Positions 13,201-25,690 of a DNA stretch of 64,000 bases are shown here, in pieces. Under the pieces are notes generated by a model. The model saw only the letters and a program-made list of their open reading frames with translations, searched no databases and was not told the origin of the DNA. Within the stretch, counting starts at the first letter, position 1. Every line of letters begins with the position of its first letter. The translations under genes and the position numbers were made by a program. The DNA is taken from NCBI GenBank assembly GCA_033442325.1, contig JAWQFM010000005.1, positions 2,211,772-2,275,771 on the forward strand, in the 5' to 3' direction. The DNA is from Salpingoeca rosetta. Its lineage: Eukaryota; Protista; Choanoflagellata.

Positions 13201-16200
13201 CAGCGTCTTTCCCGCGCTACGACAAGGACCACCTGCTCAACAGCAACCCGGACTTTGACTACGGTGCGTTCCGCGCCCTGGCGACGGTGGTGGAGCAGAG
13301 CGAGGCCCCCGTCAACTCGTTTGTGCACACGTTTGAAGACGCTGGCGTGTATGTGTTCTACGACAACGCGCGCCCGAACGCTCGCACGTTTGTACGTGTG
13401 ATGGAGGAGGGCAGCACATGCACGGAGAGCATCCAGGCTGCGACGGCACAGAACCTGCAGGTTGTGGGCGCTTCCAAATCATCCACGACGCAGGAGCCGG
13501 ACTTGACCATTGTTGCGGCTGTGCTGAGTGTGCTGGGTGCCATCATCGCGGTTGGCTCCATCGTGCTTCTGATGTACCGCCCGGCCAAGTGGGCCGAGGA
13601 GCGGCAGAAGACGACGCGCCCGCAGTACCTGACCAAGGGTGCGGTGTCGCCGTATCTGCTGGCCGCCGCAGACGGGCACGTGCTAGAGCGCATCCGATAC
13701 GAGCCCAACCTGCTGGAGGGCCTGACGGTGCGGCAGTTGTTTGACCACCTCAACGACTACTCGAAGAAGGTGGATGCGGAGCTGACGGAGCACGACCGGC
13801 AGATCACAGACCACCTGCAGAAGATCACCAAGGAGACAGAAGAGCTGCACCTCATGGTGAAGGACATGGACGTGGAGGAGCTCAAGCAGAGCCTGCGGGA
13901 GATGGTCGAGACATCCGCCTCGCTCACGGCGTCGCAGCAGGAGCGCATGGCCGCACGCGCCTCAAAGGAGTCTGAGCTCATCGACCGCGTGAATGTGCTA
14001 CTGAAGCGCCTGGGATCCCGGGTGCGCGTGGAGGATGCGTTGGCAGCAACGCCTGCAAGCGTTGGCAAGCAGCGCAGCGGCGACGCACTGGCGGCTGGCG
14101 CTCGACGCCGAAGCGGTGCCGGTGCTGGTGCCATGCTGAGCAGCGGCAGCAGCAAGGCAGGGAGCGATGCAGCGAGCCCAGCATCCCCCACAGCCGTGAG
14201 CGGAGACGAGGAGGGCGACGACTCAGGGAAGCAGGAGCTGATGGTGAGCACGCAGCGGCTGCTGGCCAAGCGGGAACAGCAGCACGTGGCAGAGGCAGAG
14301 GAGCTTGGCAAGACATCCCTTGCTGGACTCGGCGACCTGCAGACGCTTGACACGGAGGAAGGACAGACCACGCTGGTGAACAAGATGCTTGATGACCTCG
14401 AGAAGCAGCTGGACAGCGCCGGCGATGACGGCAAGGAGGGCGACACTGCGGGGTCGGCAACAGACCCGTTCACGCCCGAGGAGGAGGCCGTCATGTCTGC
14501 GTTCATCCGCAGCCAGCTCGGCGATAAGTTTGACACCATCGCAGAGAACTCTGAGGAGTACCAGCAGGCGCGGGCAGCTGCAGAGAACATGATCCACCGC
14601 ACCCGTCGCGATGCAGCCACCATGGCCGCAGAGGCAGCAAAGGGTGATGCCCAGCTCAGCAAGGCAGACGTCGACACAGAGCGTCTGGTGTGTTTGCGCG
14701 TTTGTGTGTTTTGTTTGTGTGTTTGCTGTTTGTTTTTGTGTTTTGTTTTGTTGTTTGTTCGTTTTTTTGTTAGTTTGCTTGCTTGCTTGTGTTTCGTTTG
14801 TTTGTTTGTTTGTTTGTTTGTTTGTTGTTTGTTTGTGCTTATGCGTTGTGCCATTGCCTTGTGCATGCTGTACATACCCCAACATTGGTATCCTTGTCAA
14901 CGATGGCCTCCTCTTGTGAGTGAAGCGCATTTACTCACCCAATCATCACATGCCCCACCCCGTCCGTCCCCCCCCCCCCTTGCCACCAACTTTTTCGCGC
15001 AATGCTTCCTGTGCCGCCGGTTGCAGATTCTGATGCAGGTTGCGGAGACGCAGACGAGCGGCGAGGAGAGCGGTGAAGGCATGGCGCGGGTGCAGGCGAT
15101 TGCTGCCCACTATCAGGGTCTGCGCAAGGCTGTGCGGGAGCGCATGAGTGCGGCTGCCAAGCGCAGGAAGGACAAGCGGTGCACAAAGATTGACACAGAG
15201 GCTGCGCAGCAGGAGCGCGAGGAGCTTGAGGCCCTGCAGTCCACGCCCGAGTTCAAGGCGCTGTCACGCGAGGAGCGCCGCCTGCGACAGGACAAGATCA
15301 AGCAGCGGGCCAAGGCGCGTGCGCGCCAGCGCAAGCGCGTGGTTGAGGCTGAGGAGGACGCCAAGGAGCAGGTGCTGGCCGCGCGCATGGTGAAGCAGCT
15401 CAACACGACCGAGCTGAACAAGCTGCAAGAGGCGACCAGGGCGATGGTGCAGGCGACGGCCGGCAGTGAGGATGATGCGGAGAAGATGGCTGCGGAGTTT
15501 GACGAGCGACGCAACAAGGCGCGCCAGCACCTGAGCGACCAGCACAAGCAGCAGATGAACCGCATGAAGGAACGGCTGGCCAAGACGCGCCTGAAGAAGC
15601 AGGAGGCGCTGACCGTTGCCGTGTCCGAGGCGGTGGAGGTGTCGCAGCTTGAGGTGCCCGAGCTGGAGGTTGCGCCGGAGAGCGTGATGGAGTTGGAGGC
15701 CATGGAGAAGAACCAGCAGCGCATGGAGGCTGAGCTGCGCAAGCGCCACGAGCAGGAGCTGAAGGAGCTTGAAGGCAAGCTGCGCAAGGAGGCCGAGGAG
15801 GAGGAGAAGCGTGCGCTGGATGCGTTGGAGGAGCGCAAGCAGCAGGTGCTCAAGGAGAAGCGCTCCAAGCTGGAGGCCGAGGTGCGCGCACGGCCTGACC
15901 TCTCCGAGCAGGAAATGAACCGGCTCATGAAGCAGCACGAGCAGCAGCTCAACACGCTGTCGGCGCGCATGGACGTGGAGCGCAACCGCCAGCAGGAGCT
16001 GATCAAGGCCAAACTGGCGGAGCGCAAGCAGAAGCGCAAGAAGCTGCAGGAGCAGCGGCAGGAGGTGGAGCTGCAGCGCGAGATTGCCACGCAGCGCCAG
16101 GAGACAGAGGCGCTCAAGCACGAGCAGGTGCGGGAGGCCGAGCGGGAGGCGATGGTTACCTCCCTGCAGCAGACGGGCAAGGACGCGGAGACGGTGGTCG

Positions 16201-17960
16201 CCTCTGTGCTGCAGCGGCGCCACGCGCAGGAGCTGCAGCAGATCCGTGAGCAGGTGGAGGCTGAGCAGGACGTGGCGCTGAAGGAGCTCAAGGCAACGAT
16301 CCAGGAGCGGCACGAGGCGCGGCTTGACGAGCGCGCAACGCGGTACGAGAAGGAGATGGCCGACTTTATGGTGGAGTCTGCGTCCATCGACCCGGAGGCC
16401 GCGGAGGAGACGCGGCGCTACATCGAGCAGGCGTACAAGCTGGACGTGTCTGAGCTGGAGAGCGAGTATGAGAACGAGCTTGCGCAGGCGGAGACGGCGA
16501 CCAATGCGCGGCTGGAGCTGAAGCTGACGGAGATGCTGCTCAAGCGCAAGGAGCAGCACTACCAGGAGTTTGCAGAGGCGCTGCGCGACCTGTCGCCGCA
16601 GTCTGACGAGAGCGCGCAGGCGGAGCAGCGGGCGATGGAGCTGGAGCGCATGCGGCAGGAGCTTGAGCAGCAGCGGCGGGAGCAGTTTGAAGAGCTGGAG
16701 CAACAGCAGCAGGACATGCTCAAGGAGCTGCTGGCCGAGCACCAGCAGGCGATTCTGCAGGAGGAGCAGGAGGAGCGCGAGCGGATGAGCAAGGAGATTG
16801 AGGAGCTCAACGCCGTGCGGGAGAAGATCAAGGAGGAGTCGAAGATGCACATGAAGAAGCAGTACGAGCAGCTGGCCCAGCTGACGGACGAGGACAGCTC
16901 TGCGGTGCTGGACCGCTTCAGCAAGAACCAGGCGCACCTCACGCAGCTGCTTGATGCAGAGAAGCAGCGGCAGAAGGCTGCCCTCATGGCCCGGCGTGCA
17001 CAGCAGATCCAGAAGCGCCGCCAGCGGCGCCGCCGCAGCACAAAGGCGGTGTCCACTGGCGATGGTGGCGACTCGCGGCTCGCCACAGCAGCGACCACCA
17101 CTCGCGGTAGCGATGGCAGTGATGGTGCGGAACAGCGCAAGTCGGCAGGTGCTGCTGAGGAGGAGGAGGAGAAGAAGCAGGAGGCAGACATTGCCACGTT
17201 TGACAGCAACGATGAGGAGGACGAGGATGACGACGAAGATGAGGAGGAGTATGAGGACGAGGAGGCGGAGCTGTCTGCGGAGGGCCCCTCTGCACCGGCC
17301 TACGGTCCCGGCGACGCCATCACGTCTGAGCGGCTGCGGGAGTCTGCTGCCTCGACGGGCGTGTTTTCGCGCCTGCAGGCGATTGAGGCGATGCTGCGCT
17401 CCACGGGCAAGACGCGTGCGCCCGCGCACCTGGCGGACGACCTGTGCAAGGACTTCACGCTGGAAGGCGATGAGCCCGTGGTTGTGTCTGAGGAGGAGCT
17501 GGAGCCGGCAGAGGTGCTGTCGATGGAAGTTGGCGCGGCCGTGTGCGAGTGGCTGTCCGCGCAGCATGGGTACCCGCGCGTGCACGTGCTTGCTGCATCG
17601 CAGCTGCCTGGCGTGCGTGCAGATCTCAACAATGCGTACGAGGGCAACGCGTACCGCAAGAGCATGCTGTTTGTTGAGGCTGAGCAGCAGCTTGTGGTGC
17701 GGCGGGAGTACCTGCGTGATGTGCACACGCTGCTGCCGCTGCTGCTGCACTCGATGGCGCACGTTGCTGTCGGCGAGATGAAGCGGGACGATGCGCCGTC
17801 CTTCCTGGCTTCGTTTCACCGCACCATTGGCCTTGTTGGGCAGCTGCTCCTCAGCGCCAAGCTGGACACGAGCAAGGCGCTCAAGAAGATTGAGTCTGCC
17901 AAGCCCCAGGCAAAGAAGGATGCCGCCCGCAAGTTTGTGCAGCCCATGCTGCACTCATGA
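133..17960 (+). CDS. Giant cysteine-repeat (GCC2/GCC3, ephrin-receptor-like) single-pass membrane protein with long cytoplasmic coiled coil; 5'-partial (begins upstream of window)
   Basis: Exons read by eye: 133-2007, 2377-2772, 2948-3043, 3473-3817, 4070-5128, 5481-5736, 6072-6524, 6825-6971, 7348-14687, 15027-17960. All introns are GT-AG and the exons sum to 14,901 nt in frame (~4,966 aa + stop). Many CPAG(Y/T)YC..G / C.aGtY....C..C repeats run to ~12700. Then come a non-repeat domain ([18 protein letters not shown]...[15 protein letters not shown]), a TM helix [23 protein letters not shown] (~13509-13577), an E/K/Q/R coiled coil and a small C-terminal globular domain. Confidence 0.9.
3133..3335. 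repeat. Intronic (GTT)n microsatellite interrupted by TTTAA units
   Basis: Visible directly; source of the poly-C/L/Q pseudo-ORFs. Confidence 0.95.
7184..7310. repeat. Intronic (CT)n followed by an AC-rich tract
   Basis: Visible directly, inside intron 6972-7347 of the giant gene. Confidence 0.95.
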
Positions 17961-17964
17961 GGAG

Positions 17965-18071
17965 TGTGTGTGTGTGTGTGTGTAATGTAAGTCTTTGTGG
18001 TTGTGAGCGAGTGTGTGCGCGTGCGTGTGTGTGTGTGTGTAATGTAAGTCTTTGTGGTTGTGAGCGAGTGT
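17965..18071 (+). repeat. Two-copy tandem duplication (~57-bp period) in the 3' UTR of the giant gene
   Basis: (GT)n-AATGTAAGTCTTTGTGGTTGTGAGCGAGTGTG occurs twice just after the TGA at 17960. Confidence 0.9.
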
Positions 18072-18305
18072 GGCGTTGAGCGCGTGTTGCTGGTGCTTTT
18101 TCCTGCTTTGTGTGGTGGTTTGATGTGACTTGTGTGCATAACAAACGCAGTGCGTTATGTTTTGGTTTTGTGGCCTTGTGTGTGTGTGTGTCAATGTGTG
18201 CATTGCTTTTCATTCTGACGGCGGGCGTGTGGGCGTGTTGACTTTCTTGCGTGCACATGCCTTTCAAAACAGTACACATTTGTTGACGCAAAGAAGCACA
18301 GACCT

Positions 18306-18414
<109 letters not shown>

Positions 18415-18540
18415 CTATGAATTGCAGTTTGCAGTGAAAAAATGCGCGTCGACCTGACAGTTTCCCTTTCTCCTTGACCACAACGCGCACACAAACCAAC
18501 AAACAGCAACAAGCAACAAGCAACCGTGCAGACAAGAGGG

Positions 18541-19501
18541 ATGATGAACGAGCATGGTGATGTGAGGGAAGAGGCTCCACTGGAGCTCTTTCGCGTGAGC
18601 ACAGACCTGAGTGACGAGGACAAGGCAACGTGCAAGGCTGTGTTGCAGGTAGGAGGTGCTGTTCAAGGAGTTGGGAGGCAAGCTGCGAGTGGCTTGGACA
18701 CGTTGTGTTGCTGGTTGCTGGTGGTTGGTGCTGCTCGTCTTGTGCAAACTTATCGCTTCCGGTCGCTGTACGAGGTCACCTCATGCATGGTATGAACCCG
18801 CGCACGTTGCCGCTTGCTCGCTTCCTTGGTTGCTGTTTTGGTCGTTGGGAATGGACTGATAGGGTATCCAGCGTGACCTGAATTGCCTGTCCGATGACAA
18901 TCGGCTCGTGCGCAAACGCGCCATGCTGGCCATCCAAGAAGCAACAGTGAAGAAGTCCAGTGACCTCAGCCCTCGCGTCCTTCACGTGCGACTATGCCTT
19001 TGTCTGTGTCTGTGTGTATGTGTCTATCTGTCTGTGTGTATGTGTCTGTTCCTGTCTGTCCGCGTCTGTCTGTGTCTGTGTCTGTGCACACACACGTACC
19101 TGCAGATGTGTGCACATGCACTCGCTCGTACGATTATCAACCCCCTTCTCCATCTAAAAACAAGCTGACACATGTGATGTGTCCTTCATTGCCCACGAAC
19201 CCAGGCTGTCTTCAACGAGATTCTGAAGCCGCTGCTGAAGAAGTACGAGGACTCCATGGAAAAGTGCCGCGAGCTCGCCATTGACACCGTCTCCATGTGC
19301 GTATGTGCGACTGATCGCTTCTCTGGCGTGAAGCAGCTGTGGTTCATTCACCTTGCACATCGCTTGAGTTGACCATTCATAACCCAACAACGACAATGTG
19401 CGCGCTTGACATTCTTACTCTTGCTTCAGGTTCTTGGCACTGGAGCCAGAGACATCCATCTACCTGCCGTACATTATTCCAGCATATGTTCTTCGTCTCG
19501 G

Positions 19502-19534
<33 letters not shown>

Positions 19535-20163
19535 ATTGCTGCTGCTGTCCCCTCGCTGCCAAGTGTGCTGGGTGTGCTTGACCCAGCCCACACGCCCGTG
19601 AACAGCACTTTCAGCCCGGAGCTGAAAGAAAGCATCCCATGTCGCTTCCCCTCCTCTCCCCTGCCCCCCCCCCGACCCAACTCTGTGCGCGCACAACGCA
19701 ACGCCAACACGTCCACAAATCACTGCAGGGCAAAAGGAGATCAAGGAGCCCGCGGAGGAGCTGCGGAAGATGATGATGGATCAGCTGGAGAAGGTCATTT
19801 CTCTTGCCCAACGCGACCTCTCCATCTACGTCGACGAGCTCACACAGGTCACCCAGACATATGATGACGATGATGATGGTGGTGGTGGTGGTGGTGATGG
19901 CGGAGTGAGGATGACAATGATGGTAGAGCCATGGACTGCTGTGGCTGTGCATTGAACGAGACTTTTCAAGGAATAACCGCGCGTGTTAGCAGGTCCCTCC
20001 AGCTCATGCAACCCGCCCCATCACGTTTTCTCACATTGCTGCCGTTCATGTGTGTCACCGTCCCATTCTGCGCTGCACCCGCGTGTCAGGTCTTGGTGCA
20101 AACAATTGTTGACCCGTTTCCGGAGGTCAAGCGAATGGGCTGCAGATGCACAGGTGGGCGTGG

Positions 20164-20227
<64 letters not shown>

Positions 20228-21537
20228 TTGTGTGTGCTTGTTTGGTTCTCCTGCTGCTGTGCGTATCAGTGCTTTCATGGCCACACAATTTCACCTCTCA
20301 TACGCACATACACACGCACACATGTCAACATCAGCCCTGCTTGCCAAGGCTGTGCCTGATCGCTTTCATATGGTCTCGAAGCAGTACGCAAAGCCCCTCC
20401 TGGCAACCCTCAACCACCAGCACGCCAAGGTGCATGCTTGCTTGTGTGGGCAATGATGGGTGTGGACCTTGCCGCCACAATCACTCGTTTGGTGACCACG
20501 CACAGACACACACAGACACGCATCATCATCATCATCATCACCTCCACCACCACCACCACCACCACTGCTCCTCACTCACTCCTCACTTTGACGACCACAC
20601 CCACAACTGCGCTGTACATGCGCGTGCGACAGGTGCGGAACGTGTGCATTCGGGCAATCGGATCCGTTGTCCAGTTTGGCTCCTCGGACATGCTTGAAGA
20701 TTTTCGCACGTCGCTTGCCCAAAAGACCATGGATCACAACCCAAACGTTCGCAAGTCCCTCTACGTGGTGCGTTTCAATGCTGCTTCCAACAACGGTGGA
20801 TGTGATGGTGACGCATGCACGTGTGTGGCGAGTGTGATGGTCGTGAATGAATGTGCTCATGCAGAGCAGTGCTATGGCGAGAGCATATGTTCAAACCACT
20901 TACATTGCTTCAATCAAAACTCGAACTTGCTCACCCTCCGAAACACAAACACGCGAACATGCCGGTGTGCGCGCATGCCTGTTGCCTGTGCACAGATTGC
21001 GGGGCGGTGGCTGCAACAGTACAAGGAGCGGTACAGCTACTGGCACAAGATCATCCCAATTCTCCTCTCTGGTGAAACGGATGATGTGCAGGAGATCCAG
21101 ACACTTGCACGCGATGAGTTCAGGAAGGTGCGAGTGCGCGTGCTTGTCTGTCTGCCTGCGTGTGTGTGGGTGTGCGTGTGCGTGTGCGTGCGTGTGTGGG
21201 TGTGGGTTTGTATTTGTCTCTCCGTCTATCTGTCTGTTTGTGTCTGTCTGTCTGTCTGTCCGTGTGATCAAAGGCGCAGGCGGCGGGTCTTAAACCCATA
21301 TTCTCACCATACACCACCCACACCCATCGCGCGTGTCAGGCCGGCACGCTGTATGAGCAAGAGAACGAGGAGACGCTGAAAGAGAAGCTTGAGTTTGGAT
21401 CCCACACGGGCGACATTCCATACGGTTGCATCGACCTCGTCCAACAGAACTTCTCAAAGGCGCGCTTGTGATGTGTGCTGTGCTGTGTTGTGTGAGAGTG
21501 TGAGAGATGTGTGTGTGTGTGTGTGCTGTGTGTGTGC

Positions 21538-21568
<31 letters not shown>

Positions 21569-24500
21569 CGTAATATCTATCCGTGGATATTTTCTTGAGG
21601 TCTTCTTCACTATGGGCGGCGCTAGTGGGAAAATCGAATAGCCCCGTTGCTTCTCATGCGTCTCCTGACGTTGCTCGTGTGCAGATTTATCCGGGTCTGT
21701 TGAAGGACCTTGTTGATTGGTCCGCAGACACCCGCAGGTTAGTTGCTGGCTGTTGCGTGCTGTGCTGCTGGTATTATGTGCATGAGACATGCTGTTTATG
21801 GATGCGTGTGCACGCGTGCGTGCGTAACGTGTGTACGCGTGTTCAGGTGTTCTCTCTTCCCTCTTCTATTTCCACGCACACACACACACATCCACACACA
21901 CACACACATCCACACACACACACACACACACATCCACACACACACACACACACACATCCACACACAACCCTGACACCTGATTGACTTCCGTCCATCTCTC
22001 GCAGGCAAAGCGCCCGGCTGTTGTACACACTCCTGCAATACGAAGGCTCGCACGTTACCATGCATCTCGCAAAGGTCATCAAAACAAAACCAACAAGCGT
22101 GTGCTGCTCAATTGCAGCCCTGACATATGCGCTGATGCTTGATGCACCCGTGGTGTTGTCTCCATGAATCTCATGGCTGGTGGTGCTGTCCTGTTTGTCT
22201 CCAAAGGTCCTTGATGGACTGTGCCAGGGCGTGCTGGACGAAGAGGACGATATTGCCCAACTGGTGGGATTTGACGTTGCCTGGTGATGATTGCCGTGTC
22301 ATGTAACTCGATCCTTTCGTTCCATCGCCTGCTGCCCTTTGTCACATCATTGCGTCTTCTAACAGGTGCTCATCCATGCGAAAACGTGTGCACGTTTGTA
22401 CGTGTTTGCATTGTAAATGTGTCAATGTACGTGTGTGCGCGCCATTGCTCCGTGACCATTGTGTGTGCAGTGCGGCCAGTGCTGTGAGCTAATTGGGGGC
22501 GTTGTCTCCGTGGAGGCGTGGGCAACCATCCTCATCCCGCCGCTCACAGCAACAGATACGCAGACGCGCGGCCGCTGCGCGGACCTGGTGAGCAGCAAGA
22601 GAGATGGAAGGACGGCCTGGTATTGCCTGTCGCTGCCACTGCTGCAGCTGTACGTGTCATTGTTCAACTCTGCAGTGTCGTCGTGAACTGACCACCGATG
22701 AATCTGCTACCGTGCACGTCGCCGCCGCCACCATCAACACGTGCGTGCCATTTACAGATTGTGGTCGGGCTCTTCCTCAAGACGGCGCAGCTTGATGACC
22801 TGAAGAGCTTCGCTGGCACCGTCGTCAGTGCACTCGCACACGACAACGTCTGCCAGGTACACGCACACACATACACACTAACGCACGCGTACATATGCAA
22901 CCAACAAGCTGTTGTGCCCATGCATACATGTGCATGTACTTCGTTCTTCCCCCTGGCGACTCAGGAGTCGCCCCAACTCACACACACAAACACATACACA
23001 CGCATACACATACACACACACACATACACATACACACACATTTGCACGACACCAGAGCGAGGATTTCGAGACGCAGGAGGAGCTGGTTCTCACCATCAAC
23101 ACCCTCATTCGTACGCGTATCAGAATACAAGCAATGCACTCGCACGCTCGCACACTCCTTGGCTTTGCTTGCCCTCTCATCTTGACAGTGGCCGATCTCA
23201 CAGCAGCCCTTGTTGTTTTGCTCGCCATGCATGCAATTGCGCGGACATACTCGGTGTGTGTGTGTGTGTGTGTGCGTGCGCGCGCTCCTGTTATTTCTTA
23301 CCTCCCCTTCCCTTCAGGCCGCCTTGGCGAGGATTGCGCTGCATACAGTCAAGATCTCTTCAACGCTCTCAGTTAGTACATGGTGTGCTTGTGGCTTGCA
23401 TGCGTGTGAGAATGTGTCATTCCACATGCTAACATGCCGGCTTACAACCACACACGTACGTGCACATATGCGCATATTCACGCGTTCACGCTTTCTCTCG
23501 TGTCTCATGTTACTTCACATCGTGTGCGTCCCACGTGTGTGGTGTTCAGTCAACGTGAAAGCAGCGTCCCCACTTGGCAAGGACGTCGATGTTGCACTCG
23601 CGTCCCTCGCAACTGCACAGCAGCTCCAGGTCCCTTAACATGTGCACGCTCTTTCTGTTATGTGTGTGGGTGTGTTATGTGTGTGGGTGTGTGTGGGTGT
23701 ATGTGGATGTGTGTGGGTGTGTTGTGTGTGTGTGCGTTTGTTATGTGTGTGTGGGGGGGGTGTTATGTGTGTGTGCATGTGTATATGTGTGTGTGTGTGT
23801 GTGTGTGCTGGGCGAAGCTCGACTTGCAACGTGCAGGCTCGCCCCGCGAGCGAGCGAGCTCACTCACATGTTTATGCGCGTGTCCACATGTGTTCCTGGG
23901 TGTTCAGTCTGCGGATGAGTTGTATCGCCGGCACACGAAGCCGCTGTTGGAGGCGCTCTCGACAACAGCGGACAGCTGGACCAAGTACAGGTGCGCACCC
24001 GAGCACGCGATGCTGCCAAGGCGTTGTCACCACATGACACATTCATCATATCACCACAACGACCCTTAATGATCATCCTAACAACACTTTCGCCATCACC
24101 TCGGCCTGTCTGTCTGTGTGTATTATGTCTGTGTGCATTATGTGTGTGTGTGTGTGTGTCCGTCCGTCCGTCTGTCTGTTTCTCTATCTCTCTGCCTCTG
24201 TGCATGTGTGCATGTGTGTGTGCAGCCAACAGCGGCGGGTGTTCACGACGCTGCTCAGTGCGGCCGGCGCTGTTCTTGGCCAACTCCTCGACGTCTTCAT
24301 GCCCGTCTTCATCACAAACTCGAATCCAGACAAGGACGTGGAAGGTGCGAGGGTGTGTGGGGGGGGATGAAAATGAGTGTCCTTGGACTGTGTTTACGTC
24401 CCACGTACGTGCCACGCAATATGCTAGCACTTGTATATGATGTTGCTGTCACCTGAACACCATTCTTGCTGGCACACCATGTTGCGCGCACTTGAACATC

Positions 24501-25313
24501 GGCATTCAGCCCCTCAACGATGGCGTACAACCCACCCATTCCACTTGTCCACCATCCCATGATTGTGCTCCACATGCAGTGCGCGTGTCGTTCTTCACCC
24601 TGCTTGGTCGGCTGCTCGCCAGCGCTCCCGCAACTGTCAACTCCGCAAACGCATTTGGTCGATACGTCGTGCCCGTGGTGAGCAGGCATGCTCTGTCGGT
24701 GTCTGTGTGTGTGTGTGTGTGTGCGTGCATGTGTGTGTGTGTGTCTGTGTGTCTCTCTCTCTGTGTGTGTGTGTGTGTGTCTGTGTGCTTCTGTGTGTCT
24801 GTGTGTGTATTTCTGTATGCGCTCGGGACAAATCGTAATATCGATCCCTTCAACACCACACATCCGTACATCCCTCCACTTCTCACACCACCGTCACGGC
24901 TGCAGGTGAACGACATCATCTGTCCAAACCTGGTGTGGCGCGCTGGCGAGAAGGCCGCGGCTCTGCGCACAGCTGCAATGTCCTGTCTCTGGGTATGTCA
25001 GCTGATTGGATGGAGAAGGAGAAGGAGGGGTGCCGTGGGTGTCGTGGGTATACGTTGGTGTCGTGAGGGCCGCGGGTGTCGTGGGTGTCGTGGGTGTACG
25101 TTGGTTTGTGCAAGTGCCGGTGTAGATACGGTGGGTGCGCGTATGTGCGTGTGAGTGCATGCTTTGCGTGCATTGTTGATTGCTCATTTATTCTCCTCTG
25201 CTTGACCATCTGTCCTCGTGCGTGTGTTCGCGTCGTCGACAGGCGATGGTGCACGGCGATCTCATTGCCTTTGAACACCTCGAGCAGTGCATGCCCACCC
25301 TCCAGCCCTTGGT

Positions 25314-25355
<42 letters not shown>

Positions 25356-25635
25356 GAGGTTAGGGTGGGGGACATGGGTGGTATGTTCGTCAGCATTTGA
25401 GCTATCTGGCCAAGCACTTCTCACCGACAAATCCTCTCATGATGTGTTGATTCCATCTTTACTCACCCAAATGTCCATGCGCATACATGTTTGCAGCTGA
25501 TGTCGTGTTTGGAAGACGAAGAGATGGAAACACGCCTTCTCACCTGCAATATTCTTGAGCGCGTCATCATCATCAACAAGCCTGGATACAAATGTATGAT
25601 CCCATTGGTCAATTGTGTGTTGCGTGGTGTGTGTC

Positions 25636-25690
<55 letters not shown>

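Noticed and set aside
14688-15026. Apparent extra Cys/Phe/Val-rich TM segments in the giant ORF
   Set aside because: A 339-nt GT-AG intron of (GTTT)n repeats that happens to be in frame and stop-free. Retention cannot be excluded without RNA-seq.
15113-17954. Long antisense ORFs (896 aa, 424 aa) and similar shadows over the Cys-repeat exons and GT90
   Set aside because: Mirror frames of GC3-biased coding sequence; Leu/Ser/Arg-rich with no recognisable motifs.
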